64,000 bases of DNA from Candidatus Sulfomarinibacteraceae bacterium (lineage in GTDB: Bacteria > Acidobacteriota > Thermoanaerobaculia > Thermoanaerobaculales > Sulfomarinibacteraceae): the NCBI GenBank assembly GCA_963796455.1, contig CAWCLO010000003.1, positions 192,001 to 256,000 of the forward strand, written 5' to 3'. Positions 48,305-58,232 of the stretch are shown here, piece by piece. The notes under the pieces are model-generated. The model worked only from the letters and a program-made list of their open reading frames with translations, did no database searches and was not told the origin of the DNA. Each line of letters begins with the position of its first letter. Within the stretch, counting starts at the first letter, position 1. The translations under genes were made by a program, and so were the position numbers.

Positions 48305-48912
48305 AAACAGGGGAGCTGGGAGCTTTTCAAAGGGAGAAAGGGAGAACAGGGGCAGCGCTTAAGAGGATCGGGTGTGAGTTGGGATTGAGGAATTCGCCGA
48401 ACATTTCATGAGAGACCGCAGATCACGCAGATGAACGCAGATAAGGAATCGCCGTCGGAATCGCTATCGACGTGAGGGCGATCCCCCTTGCTCCCTTTCG
48501 AGAACTGGAACGGAAACCATTCTTCGTGGTCCACACTCTCCCGGCGACATATCGCTGCGAGGATTTTGAGTTGGTTGCATACCTTCAATATGTCATCCTG
48601 AGCGGAGCCCCCACAGGGGCGTAGTCGAAGGATCTATGAGATGAAACGAAAAAACACATTGGGCCGCAGATCCTTCGACTCCGCGCCAAAGGCGCTTCGC
48701 TCAGGATGACATCGGGGGGCGACACTCGTAAACATGAAGAATCAGCACCGGGTGGTTCTCCCTTTCTCCTCTGCTCCTCTGCTCCTCTGCCATTTCGGTT
48801 CGGAATCCAACATCTAGCATCGAGTATCGAGCAACCGGACCTTCTCCCTTTCGGAACCGGGAGCGGATCGGCCGTTGGCGTAGGTCTCGCGTTCGATAGC
48901 GATAGCGACGAA
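48305..48912. repeat. Intergenic mosaic element copy C (core 48590-48712)
   Basis: Same 15-bp inverted repeats. CCGCAGATCACGCAGATGAACGCAGATAAGGAATCG module shared with about 28918-28953. GATAGCGATAGCGAC and CTCCTCTG modules. Confidence 0.9.
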
Positions 48913-48976
48913 TCGCAAAATGTAGCTCCTCACGCGGTCGGGGAGGTACACTACCGATTGCCGGCATGGAGGATCG

Positions 48977-49198
48977 ATGGATATATCAATTGAATATTGC
49001 GTGCAGTGAAACTACCAACCACGTGCCGCCGGTCTGGCGGCTGAGTTGGAACAGGAATTCGGCACCTCGGTGAAACTGATCAAGGGCCAGAATGGGGTCT
49101 TCGAGGTCACGGTCGATGACGACCTTTTGTACTCGAAACGATTGCTCGGAAGGTTCCCCGAACCCGGTGAAGTGGCGGCCGCTATCCGCGACCGCTAG
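48977..49198 (+). CDS. SelT/SelW/SelH (Rdx family) selenoprotein, 73 aa, in-frame UGA at 49007-49009
   Basis: GGAGGA RBS. MDISIEYCVQUNYQPRAAGLAAELEQEFGTSVKLIKGQNGVFEVTVDDDLLYSKRLLGRFPEPGEVAAAIRDR, with CxxU, GxFEV and GRFP. Hairpin at 49025-49041. Confidence 0.9.
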
Positions 49199-50180
49199 GG
49201 GCTATTCTTCGGTTCTTCGTTGCCGCCGGTCGCCGGCGGTAGATGTGGCGCTCGAGGATTCTCGAGTACGGCGTCCATGCGCCATCGTCCGAGCCGCCCG
49301 CCGCGATGGCCTCCAGAACGCCGGCCATCTTCGAGTCGAGGTTGTCCATCATGTGGACCAACAAAGCCTCCGGGGTCTTTGGTCTCCGCGGCGAGCCGTA
49401 TTCGAACTCACCATGATGAGACAGCAGGATATGCAGGAGGTGGCGACGGGTTTCGGCCGGGAATTCTTCGAGTTCACGAATCTGTGATTCGACAAACAGC
49501 GTTTCCATGGGCAAATGACCCAGCAGACGGCCGTCATCCGTGTACTCGATGGAGGCGCCGATCTCCAGCTCCCAGATCTTGCCCAGATCATGCAGCAGGC
49601 ATCCCGAAACAACCAGGTCCTGATCAAGATCATAGTGACCCGCCACCATCCGGGCGACGGTGGTCACCGAAACCGTGTGTTCGAGCAGACCCGAACGAAA
49701 TCCGTGGTGCATCGTCCGTGCGGCCGGCGCAATTCGGAAGAGCTTCTCGACCTCCGGATCCGAGAAAACCCGAAACAACAGCTGTCGCAGGTGTTGGTCG
49801 CTGATTTCTTCGATGAATGCGATCAGTTTCTTCCACAGTATTTCCGGATCGGAAGCCGATGAGCGCACGAAGAGATCCTGGTCCACCGAGGCACCGGCGA
49901 CAACCTGCGCCTGTCTCAGCACCAACTGCAACTGCTGATGGTAGCGTTGCACCTGGCCCTTGATTGCCACCACTTTCCCAGGCTCGATCACCTCTTTGAG
50001 GCGATCCACATTCTGCCAGACAAGGGCGGTGACTTCCCCGGTCCGATCCCCGAGGGTGGCCGCCAGGTAGGGCCCTCCGCCGCGGCGCTGCCGAACATCC
50101 GCCGATCGGACGGCAAAGGCCTCATCGATTTCAGTGCCCGCACGCAGATCTTTGATCCAGGTACGCTTGGAGTCGCTCAT
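49182..50180 (-). CDS. YhaM/Cbf1-like 3'-5' exoribonuclease (OB fold and HD domain)
   Basis: LGDRTGEV, PAA..MHH...GLLEH, LHDLGK, GRLLGH and SHHG. Confidence 0.9.
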   Translation of the reverse strand: MSDSKRTWIKDLRAGTEIDEAFAVRSADVRQRRGGGPYLAATLGDRTGEVTALVWQNVDRLKEVIEPGKVVAIKGQVQRYHQQLQLVLRQAQVVAGASVDQDLFVRSSASDPEILWKKLIAFIEEISDQHLRQLLFRVFSDPEVEKLFRIAPAARTMHHGFRSGLLEHTVSVTTVARMVAGHYDLDQDLVVSGCLLHDLGKIWELEIGASIEYTDDGRLLGHLPMETLFVESQIRELEEFPAETRRHLLHILLSHHGEFEYGSPRRPKTPEALLVHMMDNLDSKMAGVLEAIAAGGSDDGAWTPYSRILERHIYRRRPAATKNRRIAPSGRG

Positions 50181-50203
50181 GATGGTTGCGCCTTCTTCTT
50201 TGT

Positions 50204-51181
50204 TCACTGTGCGCCGAACTGTCGGTAGACGAGGACCAACCGGTCGCTGTGGACCTCGACCAGATACTCCCTCTTGAGCTTCTCGACCAATCCTCTGGTC
50301 TGACTTTCATAGGTCTCTGCCGATCGTTCCCGGCGCAATTCCGGTTCGATGGTCTCGAAGGGCTCGAAACCGGCAGGGATTCTCTGCGCCAAACGAATAA
50401 TCTGGACACCGCCCGGCACGGTCAGCGGATCGGCCACCTCCCCCTCGGCGAGACCTTCGATTGCGGCCTTGAGGTCGGGCCGGCAGTCTTCGATCGGGAT
50501 CTGTCCGAGATCCTGGAGTTCGGCACCGGCGAGGATGGCCTCCGCCTTGAGATCAGCCCCCTCGCGAACCCTGCTGACAAGCCCCTCGGATCGCCTCAGG
50601 TTTCCTGCAGCCCCACCGCTCGATCCTTCGTCAGGGAGAAAGACCTGTTCGAGCTCGACCTTGGCTGGAACGCTATAACGCTCCTTGTCGGCCTCGTAAG
50701 CCCGGCGCAACTCTTCTTCGGTAATCTCCACCGGTCGGACATCTCCTTGCACGGCACGTTGCAGGAGCATGGTTCGGCGATATCGTTCGCGGAGGGCATC
50801 CTCCGTCAGCCCGGTGCTGTCGAGAGCCTCCTGCCACACTGCGTCATCCTGCAGCTCGTTTTCTTCGCGGAGATTTTCGATCGCCGAATCGAGGGCCCTT
50901 TCCTCCACGATGACCTTTTTTTCGGTCGCGCGCTCCAACAAAACGAGCTCGTTGACCATTTCGTTGAGGAGCATCTCGGTAAACTGGCGCAATTCGTCGC
51001 CGCCCGGGGCGGCGGGCATCTGTGACAGTTCCACGCGCACTCTTTCCGAAAACTCCGACACCGTGATGATCCGGTCGTTGACCCGAACCAGAATGCCTTC
51101 GAGCATTATTCTTTCAGAGGCTCCGGCGACCGCACCCATCGCGGCTGTCGCGAGCACGAAGCCGATTACTCTCCTAAGCAT
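50204..51181 (-). CDS. SurA-like peptidyl-prolyl isomerase/chaperone
   Basis: Signal peptide, VRVNDRIIT, SurA N-domain and degenerate parvulin domain. Confidence 0.8.
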   Translation of the reverse strand: MLRRVIGFVLATAAMGAVAGASERIMLEGILVRVNDRIITVSEFSERVRVELSQMPAAPGGDELRQFTEMLLNEMVNELVLLERATEKKVIVEERALDSAIENLREENELQDDAVWQEALDSTGLTEDALRERYRRTMLLQRAVQGDVRPVEITEEELRRAYEADKERYSVPAKVELEQVFLPDEGSSGGAAGNLRRSEGLVSRVREGADLKAEAILAGAELQDLGQIPIEDCRPDLKAAIEGLAEGEVADPLTVPGGVQIIRLAQRIPAGFEPFETIEPELRRERSAETYESQTRGLVEKLKREYLVEVHSDRLVLVYRQFGAQ

Positions 51182-52025
51182 CTTTCTGACCCTCCACATA
51201 TCTGCCGCTGTAAGGAAACCACAGATTGACGTCTTTGATTTCGACACCGATTTCCCCAGCCAGCCCACCGACGCACTTTCGGGTATGGATCCGAGCTCCG
51301 TGCTGGGCGAACTCGGAACGAACTTCGCTTTCGATCTGCAAGCGGTTCGGCGATCCTGCGGGAACAATCTCGAGAACCTGAAACACGTGATAACCGGACG
51401 GCCCCAGAACAGGATCGGAAAACTGCCCGGTTTCCAGGCCAAAGATCACCCGATCAATCTCCGGTGTCAAAGACCCCTGATCAAAAAACCCGAGCTCGCC
51501 CCCTTCCATCGCATTGGGAGCGCGGCTCATCTCGCGTGAGATCACCAAAAAATCTTCACCCGCCAGCAGGCGCTCGCGTGCACTGAGCGCCGTTTCGTGG
51601 CTGTCCACCAGAATCTGCCGGACGTGTGCCTGAGCCGGCAGCACCACCTCGAGCCGTCGCGCCACCTCGTCGGCGATTTCGTCTGAAGTCGGGTCAGGCG
51701 CCAGACCACACATTTCGTCCAACAACCATTGCAGCTCGGTCGGCCCGATCTCGGGCGTTTCTTCCGGCGCATGGACATCGTGAATCCTTGCCGCTTCGAT
51801 CACGACAAAGCGATCGAGGTATTGGTCGAGCAGCCGCGAGCTGACCACAGCGCTCACCGCCTGCCACGCTTCGCCCGTCACGTCGGCCACATATTCTTGA
51901 AATGGCGCGATTTCGAGCCGCTGGTGCCCCACCTTCGCGAGGGTGGTGGCATCACTTCCGCAAGCGAGCAACCCGAGGGTTGTCAGCCCAAACGGGATCC
52001 ACCGGAGACGCCCCAAAGCACTCAT
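51174..52025 (-). CDS. PpiC/parvulin-type peptidyl-prolyl isomerase lipoprotein
   Basis: Lipobox LLAC. HVRQILV, GGELGFF and GYHVFQV. Confidence 0.85.
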   Translation of the reverse strand: MSALGRLRWIPFGLTTLGLLACGSDATTLAKVGHQRLEIAPFQEYVADVTGEAWQAVSAVVSSRLLDQYLDRFVVIEAARIHDVHAPEETPEIGPTELQWLLDEMCGLAPDPTSDEIADEVARRLEVVLPAQAHVRQILVDSHETALSARERLLAGEDFLVISREMSRAPNAMEGGELGFFDQGSLTPEIDRVIFGLETGQFSDPVLGPSGYHVFQVLEIVPAGSPNRLQIESEVRSEFAQHGARIHTRKCVGGLAGEIGVEIKDVNLWFPYSGRYVEGQKDA

Positions 52026-52086
52026 CGGGAAAGAGTAACACGATTTCAGTCGACAACCGATCCGACTCTGATGCGTAAACTTTGCA

Positions 52087-53325
52087 TCAATCCGGAAGAC
52101 GCCCACGATACAAGGGCCGCAAGAGCCAGCCAAAGATGCTGCCCATGGGACGGCCGCGGATGGCCGAGGCGAATCGCACAGCCCCCTCGGTAACAAAAAA
52201 GAAATTGAGGAGGATCAGCAGCGGCGCCGAAGATCCGCCGCCGGAGCGCAAATTGATGAGTCCTCCGATGAGTTCGGCCGCTGCACCGACCAGGGTGAAA
52301 TAGATTGGTCGGATATCGAGATGTCTGCCCCAGATTTTCTGGTCCTTGCCCGGTGCGAGGGTGATCGCAGCGCTCATCAAGGTCCATTCCACAAGAGACG
52401 GCGGCTCCGGCCCGGCCGACCGCGCCGCTCCCACGGGTGTCGGCGCCGGCGCCAACCTGAGTCGACGAGCCGGCAAAGCCGCTTCCGTGGATCGCCTGAA
52501 GGTATAAACCCATTCGCGACCTTCCTGAGCAGAACGATCGAGGCGAAAACTCTTGCCGTGGTAGCTGAGGATTGCCTCACCATCCCAATCGGCCCGGTAG
52601 ATCGGAGAGACCAACTCCAGAACACCGGCCTCTTCATCAAAAAGGCGAACGTTCGGAGATGTCACCGGCGACAACTGCGGCTGCGAATGCCCGATCCAAT
52701 ATAACGGCAGCCCAAGCGCCGACCCTACCGGCTCGCCATCGGCCGCAACCAAAATCAACCGCACAGTTCCTTCGACGATCAACAGGGGACCGACCACCAC
52801 CAACCAACGCAGCCACACGGGCAGGAACCATTCTCCGCCAAAGGCAAAAGAGGCCAACTGCAAGATCCCCGCGGCCCCCAGCAGCATCCAGCAGATCGCG
52901 GACAACCAAGTCGCACGCTCCGCGGGATACCCCCAGTTGCGCTCCCAGGATTTCTGTAAGGGCGCCGGCAGCAGGCCGAGAAATGGAAGAAACCAGACGG
53001 CCACCCGACGCACGCGTCGCGCCCTCAGTTCTTCGGCGGCGGCCTCTGCAAGGATACGGATGCTCTCGGCATCGAGCGGCACGACGTCTCGCATCACACT
53101 GGGGTTTTCCCACGCCAGGAGGGTCCACCGGTCAGTGCCACCATCCGGGGATTTCGCGATGACCTCAAAGGTCCTCTCCCGCCACAAAACGGCCGTCCCC
53201 GGCAGGGTCTTGGATGCCGCCCGCCACCCGAGGGCGAGCTCGCGGCTGGTCACGATGAACTCACCGCCGGCGGCCGGCGAAACGAAAACGCCGAATCCCA
53301 GATCTTCGCCGCGTTGAGATTGCAC
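52087..53325 (-). CDS. Hypothetical membrane protein with internal tandem duplication
   Basis: Two similar halves, each ending EG.VR...G.P.GS..G. Confidence 0.65.
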   Translation of the reverse strand: MQSQRGEDLGFGVFVSPAAGGEFIVTSRELALGWRAASKTLPGTAVLWRERTFEVIAKSPDGGTDRWTLLAWENPSVMRDVVPLDAESIRILAEAAAEELRARRVRRVAVWFLPFLGLLPAPLQKSWERNWGYPAERATWLSAICWMLLGAAGILQLASFAFGGEWFLPVWLRWLVVVGPLLIVEGTVRLILVAADGEPVGSALGLPLYWIGHSQPQLSPVTSPNVRLFDEEAGVLELVSPIYRADWDGEAILSYHGKSFRLDRSAQEGREWVYTFRRSTEAALPARRLRLAPAPTPVGAARSAGPEPPSLVEWTLMSAAITLAPGKDQKIWGRHLDIRPIYFTLVGAAAELIGGLINLRSGGGSSAPLLILLNFFFVTEGAVRFASAIRGRPMGSIFGWLLRPLYRGRLPD

Positions 53326-53351
53326 GCAAGGATTCTAACCCGGGCTCCCGG

Positions 53352-56300
53352 TCAGTTTTCCTCGCCAGACGTCACTTCACCGGCATCCAGGGATCCCAGG
53401 AAGCGCAGCAGGCGCTCGAGGTCGTCATCGCCGTCGACCACGGGCAAGGTGATTTCCCCGGTCGGGCTGATTCGCGACTCCGGCCAGTTCGTGATGGCCT
53501 CACCAAGATTGTGCGGGGGCGTGACCGCCGGATCCAGACGAAGTCTCCATTTGCGCGCCCTCCGGCTGACCGCGGCGATACCGGTGCGGCGAGCCGCGAT
53601 GCGGACCCGCTGAGCCTGGGCCAGCGCCTCGACCTGTGCCGGTGCCGGTCCGTAGCGGTCCGCCATTTCTTCGAGAAGTTCCTCCATGGCCGTCTCGTCG
53701 TCACACGCGGCCAGGCGTTTGTAGAAACTCAGCCGAAGAGCCGGTTCCGGCAAATACTGTTCCGGAAGCTGTAATTCGATGCCAAGCCGCAGCTCGACCT
53801 CACGCTGGGTGGCCGGAGGCCGGCCTTCGAGTTCGGCAACTGCCTCCTCGAGCAGTTGGCAGTATGTCTCGAAGCCCACAGCTTCCAAAAATCCATGTTG
53901 TTCGGCCCCGAGGAGGTTGCCGGCGCCGCGGATCTCGAGATCGCGCGCGGCGATTCGAAAACCGGCGCCGAGCTCACAGAATTCCTGTATCGCCGCCAGT
54001 CGCGCTCGTGCAGTCTTGGTCAAGGATTTGCCCGCGGGGACCAGAAAATACGAATAGGCGAGACGCTCGGACCGGCCAACCCGCCCGCGGAGCTGATAGA
54101 GCTGCGCAAGACCGAAACGGTCGGCTCGATTGACCAACAGGGTGTTGGCATTTGCGATATCGAGACCATTCTCGATGATGGCCGTGGCCAGCAGGACATC
54201 GGCCTCACCATCCAGGAACTCCCGCATCGCCTTTTCCAGGTGGCGTTCCGCCATCTGGCCGTGGGCCACGACGACGCGCGCCTCTGGCACCAGTCGACGC
54301 AACCATTCTGCAAAGGCGCCGATTGAAGCCACACGATTGTGGACAAAATAGATCTGGCCGCCGCGCTCCATCTCGTAGAGAATCGCCTCGCGGACAATCT
54401 CCTCCGAGAACTCGAGGACATTCGTCTCCACCGCCTGCCGGTCACGGGGCGGGGTTTCGATGATGGAGATGTCACGAAGACCGCTGAGCGAAAGATTGAG
54501 AGTTCGCGGAATCGGCGTCGCCGACATGGCGACCACATCGACTTCGGTCCGGAGTTTTTTGAGCCGCTCTTTCTGAGCGACACCGAAGCGCTGCTCCTCA
54601 TCGAGCACGACCAGTCCGAGATCGCGAAAGACCACCCCCTGGCCGAGCAGACGATGGGTTCCGATCACCACATCCACTCTGCCTTCGGCGAGGCCTTCGA
54701 TCACGTTCTTGGACTCCGCAGCGGATGCAAACCTGGAGAGCATTCCGATCTCAACCGGAAAACTCGCAAACCGTCGTTTGAAGGTTTCGAGGTGTTGTTC
54801 GACGAGAATCGTGGTCGGCGCCAGAACGGCCACCTGTTTGCCTTCGAGCACGGCCTTGAACGCGGCGCGGATCGCCACCTCCGTCTTGCCGTAACCGACA
54901 TCGCCGCACAGGAGGCGATCCATCGGCCGCGACGATTCCATATCAGATTTGATCTCCACCACCGCTCGATCCTGGTCGCTGGTCAGATCGAACTCGAAGG
55001 CATCCTCGAATTCTTTTTGCCAGGTCGAGTCCGGGGAGAAGGCGAACCCCGCCGCACCATGACGGACCGCCGCCAGACGCAGCAGCTCGGCCGCCATTTC
55101 TCGAACCGCCTTCTTGACCCTCGCCTTGCGCCGTTTCCAACTGCCACCGCCGAGACGGTCGAGTTTGGGGTTGACGTCGGCATCACCTGCGGCGTACTTC
55201 TGGATCAGATCCGCCCGTTCCACCGGAACCAGCAGGGAATCACCGCCGGAGTAGGCAAGGGACATCATCTCCATCTCCCTGCCTTCGACGGCCATCCTGC
55301 GAAAACCGACGAACTTTCCAATGCCGTGGTCCATGTGGACCACGAGGTCACCCGGCCGCAGGTCGCGCAGATCCGAAGCGAAGGCACCGACACCACCGCG
55401 CCGACGTCGTGGGGTAGGAGCTGCGGTCAGATCGCGGCGACCATAAACGGCGAGCCCACCCTCCCACATAAATCCGTGCTGCAGCCGGCCTTCGACGATC
55501 GCGACCTCACCGGCCGAAGGATCGCCCTCGACCGGGCGCACCTCACCCTCACCCAGAAGGTGGGCGAAGCGGCGTTTCTCTCCCGCCGATGCGACCACCA
55601 ACACCTGCGACATGTCCTGGGCACGTCGAGACCTGAGAGTCGGTACCAGATCGGGCAGCCGGCGCACAAAGCTTTCACCAGGGTGCGTCGCCAGGCGTCG
55701 CCAGGTCGTCGAGCCATCGACCAACTCGAGCTGTTCCAAACGGATCGCCGCGTTTTCGATCGCCGCCCTCAATTCCTCCGGATCCCGAAGCAATCGGCTC
55801 GGAGGAGGCAAAGCCATCGTTCTTTGGCTCAAGGCCTGCCAATCCCGTTCCTGCACAGTCCACCACCGGCCAAGCTCTCCGAGAACTTCGTCACGGTCAC
55901 AGATCACAATCGACTGCGCGAGATCGAGCCAACCGATCGAGGGTTCCGCAAGATGAAGGGCGCCCCACCACACCCTGCGTTCAGCGCCCTCGGTCATCTG
56001 CACGGCGAGGGCCGGGTACTCGGCCTCGAGAAGGGCCGCAACCTCGAACAGACGCTCCGCTTCGGCTGGGAAGAAGTCGAGGGGAAGAACAGTCAATTCA
56101 TCGACAGGATCACCACTGCTTCGTTGCGAGGCCGGATCGAAGAGCCTGATGGCCTCGATCACGTCATCGTCGAGCTGCAGGCGGTGACCGTGGTCTCCCC
56201 CCATGTGGAGGTCGATGACCCAACCACGCATCGCGAACTCACCCGCTTCCTCCACCAGATCGACCCGGTGGTATCCGGCGGTCGTGAACTGTGTCGCGAC

Positions 56301-56747
56301 GACAGACGGATCGATGGTCTGGCCGACACCGAATCTGCGCACGTTCGAGGCCACGGCCGGCGGCAGAGGGATTGGTGATCCAAGGACCCGTGCAGGCGCC
56401 ACCACCACATCGAGTCCATCCTCTGCAACCCGGCCAAGAACTTGAATCGCGCGGAGACGCGCCGCCAAGGGCGGTTCAGCTCCGAGATATGGTCCTGCGA
56501 GTTCGGCTGGCACCACCCCGACCCGAAGCTCGGGGGCAAGCAATCGGAGCCCCGCAGCGAGCTCCTCCGCATCCGCCACATGCGGCACGACCACAACCGC
56601 CAGGCTGGCGGGCCAACCGTCGGCCGCAAGTGCCGCTAGGGCGAGGCCGCGGGCACCCGGCACCACCCCCCCGATCGCGAGACCGGGAACGCCTTGTTCG
56701 AGTTCCCTGGCGAGGGCGCTGAGGTCGGGAAGTGGAAAACCCGTCAT
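53352..56747 (-). CDS. mfd: Transcription-repair coupling factor
   Basis: VVHMDHGIG, CGDVGYGKTEVA, DEEQRFGV, SATPIPRT, QLRGRVGR, DLEIRGAGNLLG and TRCF C-terminus. Confidence 0.97.
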   Translation of the reverse strand: MTGFPLPDLSALARELEQGVPGLAIGGVVPGARGLALAALAADGWPASLAVVVVPHVADAEELAAGLRLLAPELRVGVVPAELAGPYLGAEPPLAARLRAIQVLGRVAEDGLDVVVAPARVLGSPIPLPPAVASNVRRFGVGQTIDPSVVATQFTTAGYHRVDLVEEAGEFAMRGWVIDLHMGGDHGHRLQLDDDVIEAIRLFDPASQRSSGDPVDELTVLPLDFFPAEAERLFEVAALLEAEYPALAVQMTEGAERRVWWGALHLAEPSIGWLDLAQSIVICDRDEVLGELGRWWTVQERDWQALSQRTMALPPPSRLLRDPEELRAAIENAAIRLEQLELVDGSTTWRRLATHPGESFVRRLPDLVPTLRSRRAQDMSQVLVVASAGEKRRFAHLLGEGEVRPVEGDPSAGEVAIVEGRLQHGFMWEGGLAVYGRRDLTAAPTPRRRRGGVGAFASDLRDLRPGDLVVHMDHGIGKFVGFRRMAVEGREMEMMSLAYSGGDSLLVPVERADLIQKYAAGDADVNPKLDRLGGGSWKRRKARVKKAVREMAAELLRLAAVRHGAAGFAFSPDSTWQKEFEDAFEFDLTSDQDRAVVEIKSDMESSRPMDRLLCGDVGYGKTEVAIRAAFKAVLEGKQVAVLAPTTILVEQHLETFKRRFASFPVEIGMLSRFASAAESKNVIEGLAEGRVDVVIGTHRLLGQGVVFRDLGLVVLDEEQRFGVAQKERLKKLRTEVDVVAMSATPIPRTLNLSLSGLRDISIIETPPRDRQAVETNVLEFSEEIVREAILYEMERGGQIYFVHNRVASIGAFAEWLRRLVPEARVVVAHGQMAERHLEKAMREFLDGEADVLLATAIIENGLDIANANTLLVNRADRFGLAQLYQLRGRVGRSERLAYSYFLVPAGKSLTKTARARLAAIQEFCELGAGFRIAARDLEIRGAGNLLGAEQHGFLEAVGFETYCQLLEEAVAELEGRPPATQREVELRLGIELQLPEQYLPEPALRLSFYKRLAACDDETAMEELLEEMADRYGPAPAQVEALAQAQRVRIAARRTGIAAVSRRARKWRLRLDPAVTPPHNLGEAITNWPESRISPTGEITLPVVDGDDDLERLLRFLGSLDAGEVTSGEEN

Positions 56748-56823
56748 TGTGAAATCGATTTCGACAAGGCCAAGGATCCGCCTTCGGCGGTCAAGCGTCG
56801 ACGACCAGAGATGGGTCGCCCCT

Positions 56824-58044
56824 TCAAACCATTTTCAGGAGGTGACCCATTTTGAGCTTTTTTGCCTCGAGATATTGGCGATTGCTCTCGGTCGGCGGCA
56901 CTTCGAGTGGAACACGCTCGGCGATCTCCAGTCCGAAGCCCCGCAACGCCGTGTACTTCTTGGGGTTGTTGGTCATCAGACGCAAGCGCCGCGCCCCGAG
57001 GTCGACCAGGATCTGGGCCCCGGTGCCGTAGTCTCGCGGGTCCGCTTTGAACCCAAGGTGCAAATTGGCCTCGACAGTGTCTTCACCCTGATCCTGCAGT
57101 TCATAGGCGCGCAACTTGTTGAACAAACCGATGCCCCGGCCTTCCTGCAGGAGATAGAGGAGAATTCCCGAGCCCTCCGCCGCGATCTGTTGCATTGCGG
57201 CTGTGAGCTGGGAACCGCAGTCGCATCGACGGGAGGCGAACACATCACCGGTCAGACACTGAGAATGAACACGTACCAACACCGGTTCGTCAGGGTCTAT
57301 TTTCCCCATCACCAGCGCGACATGCTCTTCGCCGGTGACCCGATTGCGATAACCGCAGATACGGAAATCACCCGCATCGGTCGGCAACTCCGGTCCCGCC
57401 ACCCTCTCGACCAGTTTTTCGTTGCGCATCCGGTAGGCAATCAGATCGGCCACCGTCAGGATTCCGAGCCCATGTTCTTTCGCGACCTCGAACAGGCGGG
57501 GCAAACGAGCCATCTGGCCGTCCTCGTCCATCACCTCGCAGAGCACCCCGGCCGGTGTGAAGCCCGCCATCCGGGCGAGTTCCACCGAGGCCTCGGTGTG
57601 TCCGGCGCGTTTCAGGACGCCGCCGTCAAGGGCACGGAGGGGGAACATGTGGCCCGGACGGAGGAGATCCTCCGGTTTGGTTTTCGGATTCACCAGGGCA
57701 CGTACCGTTGCCGCGCGGTCATGGGCCGAGATTCCAGTCGTAGTGCCCTCACGAACCTCGACACTTACCGTGAACGCGGTGCCGTGACTCGAAGTATTCT
57801 TCTGGACCATCGCCGGCAGATCGAGTTCGTCACACCGGTCCGAGGTCAGCGACACACAGATCAGACCACGTCCGAAACGGGCCATGAAGTTGACGGCTTC
57901 GGGGGTGACCAGGTCGGCGGCAAAGATGAGATCGCCTTCGTTCTCCCGGTCTTCATCGTCGACCACGATGATCTGTTCACCGCGACGGATTCGCGCCACG
58001 GCCTCTTCGACCGAAAGAAATTGATTTTTCTCGACTTCACTCAT
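56824..58044 (-). CDS. ribBA: Bifunctional DHBP synthase / GTP cyclohydrolase II
   Basis: [48 protein letters not shown] and TNNP. Confidence 0.97.
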   Translation of the reverse strand: MSEVEKNQFLSVEEAVARIRRGEQIIVVDDEDRENEGDLIFAADLVTPEAVNFMARFGRGLICVSLTSDRCDELDLPAMVQKNTSSHGTAFTVSVEVREGTTTGISAHDRAATVRALVNPKTKPEDLLRPGHMFPLRALDGGVLKRAGHTEASVELARMAGFTPAGVLCEVMDEDGQMARLPRLFEVAKEHGLGILTVADLIAYRMRNEKLVERVAGPELPTDAGDFRICGYRNRVTGEEHVALVMGKIDPDEPVLVRVHSQCLTGDVFASRRCDCGSQLTAAMQQIAAEGSGILLYLLQEGRGIGLFNKLRAYELQDQGEDTVEANLHLGFKADPRDYGTGAQILVDLGARRLRLMTNNPKKYTALRGFGLEIAERVPLEVPPTESNRQYLEAKKLKMGHLLKMV

Positions 58045-58232
58045 GAACACACTCCCACTTGTGCCGCCAAGCGGCGAAGCCGAATGGTAGCCGAAGCGTG
58101 CTTGCACCGCAAGAACTGAAGATCGAGAGGGATGCGAGTTGCAGGGTCGACAAGGCTTGAGACCGGCTCCGCGCCTTTTCACGAAATAATCGAGAGCGGA
58201 CGGAGGCCCGCGGTAGAATCGGCGCGATCGAT

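Noticed and set aside
58045..58232. FMN riboswitch upstream of ribBA
   Set aside because: The conserved RFN motifs (AGGGC..GGTGAAATTCCC.ACCGGCGGT) are not visible on the minus strand.
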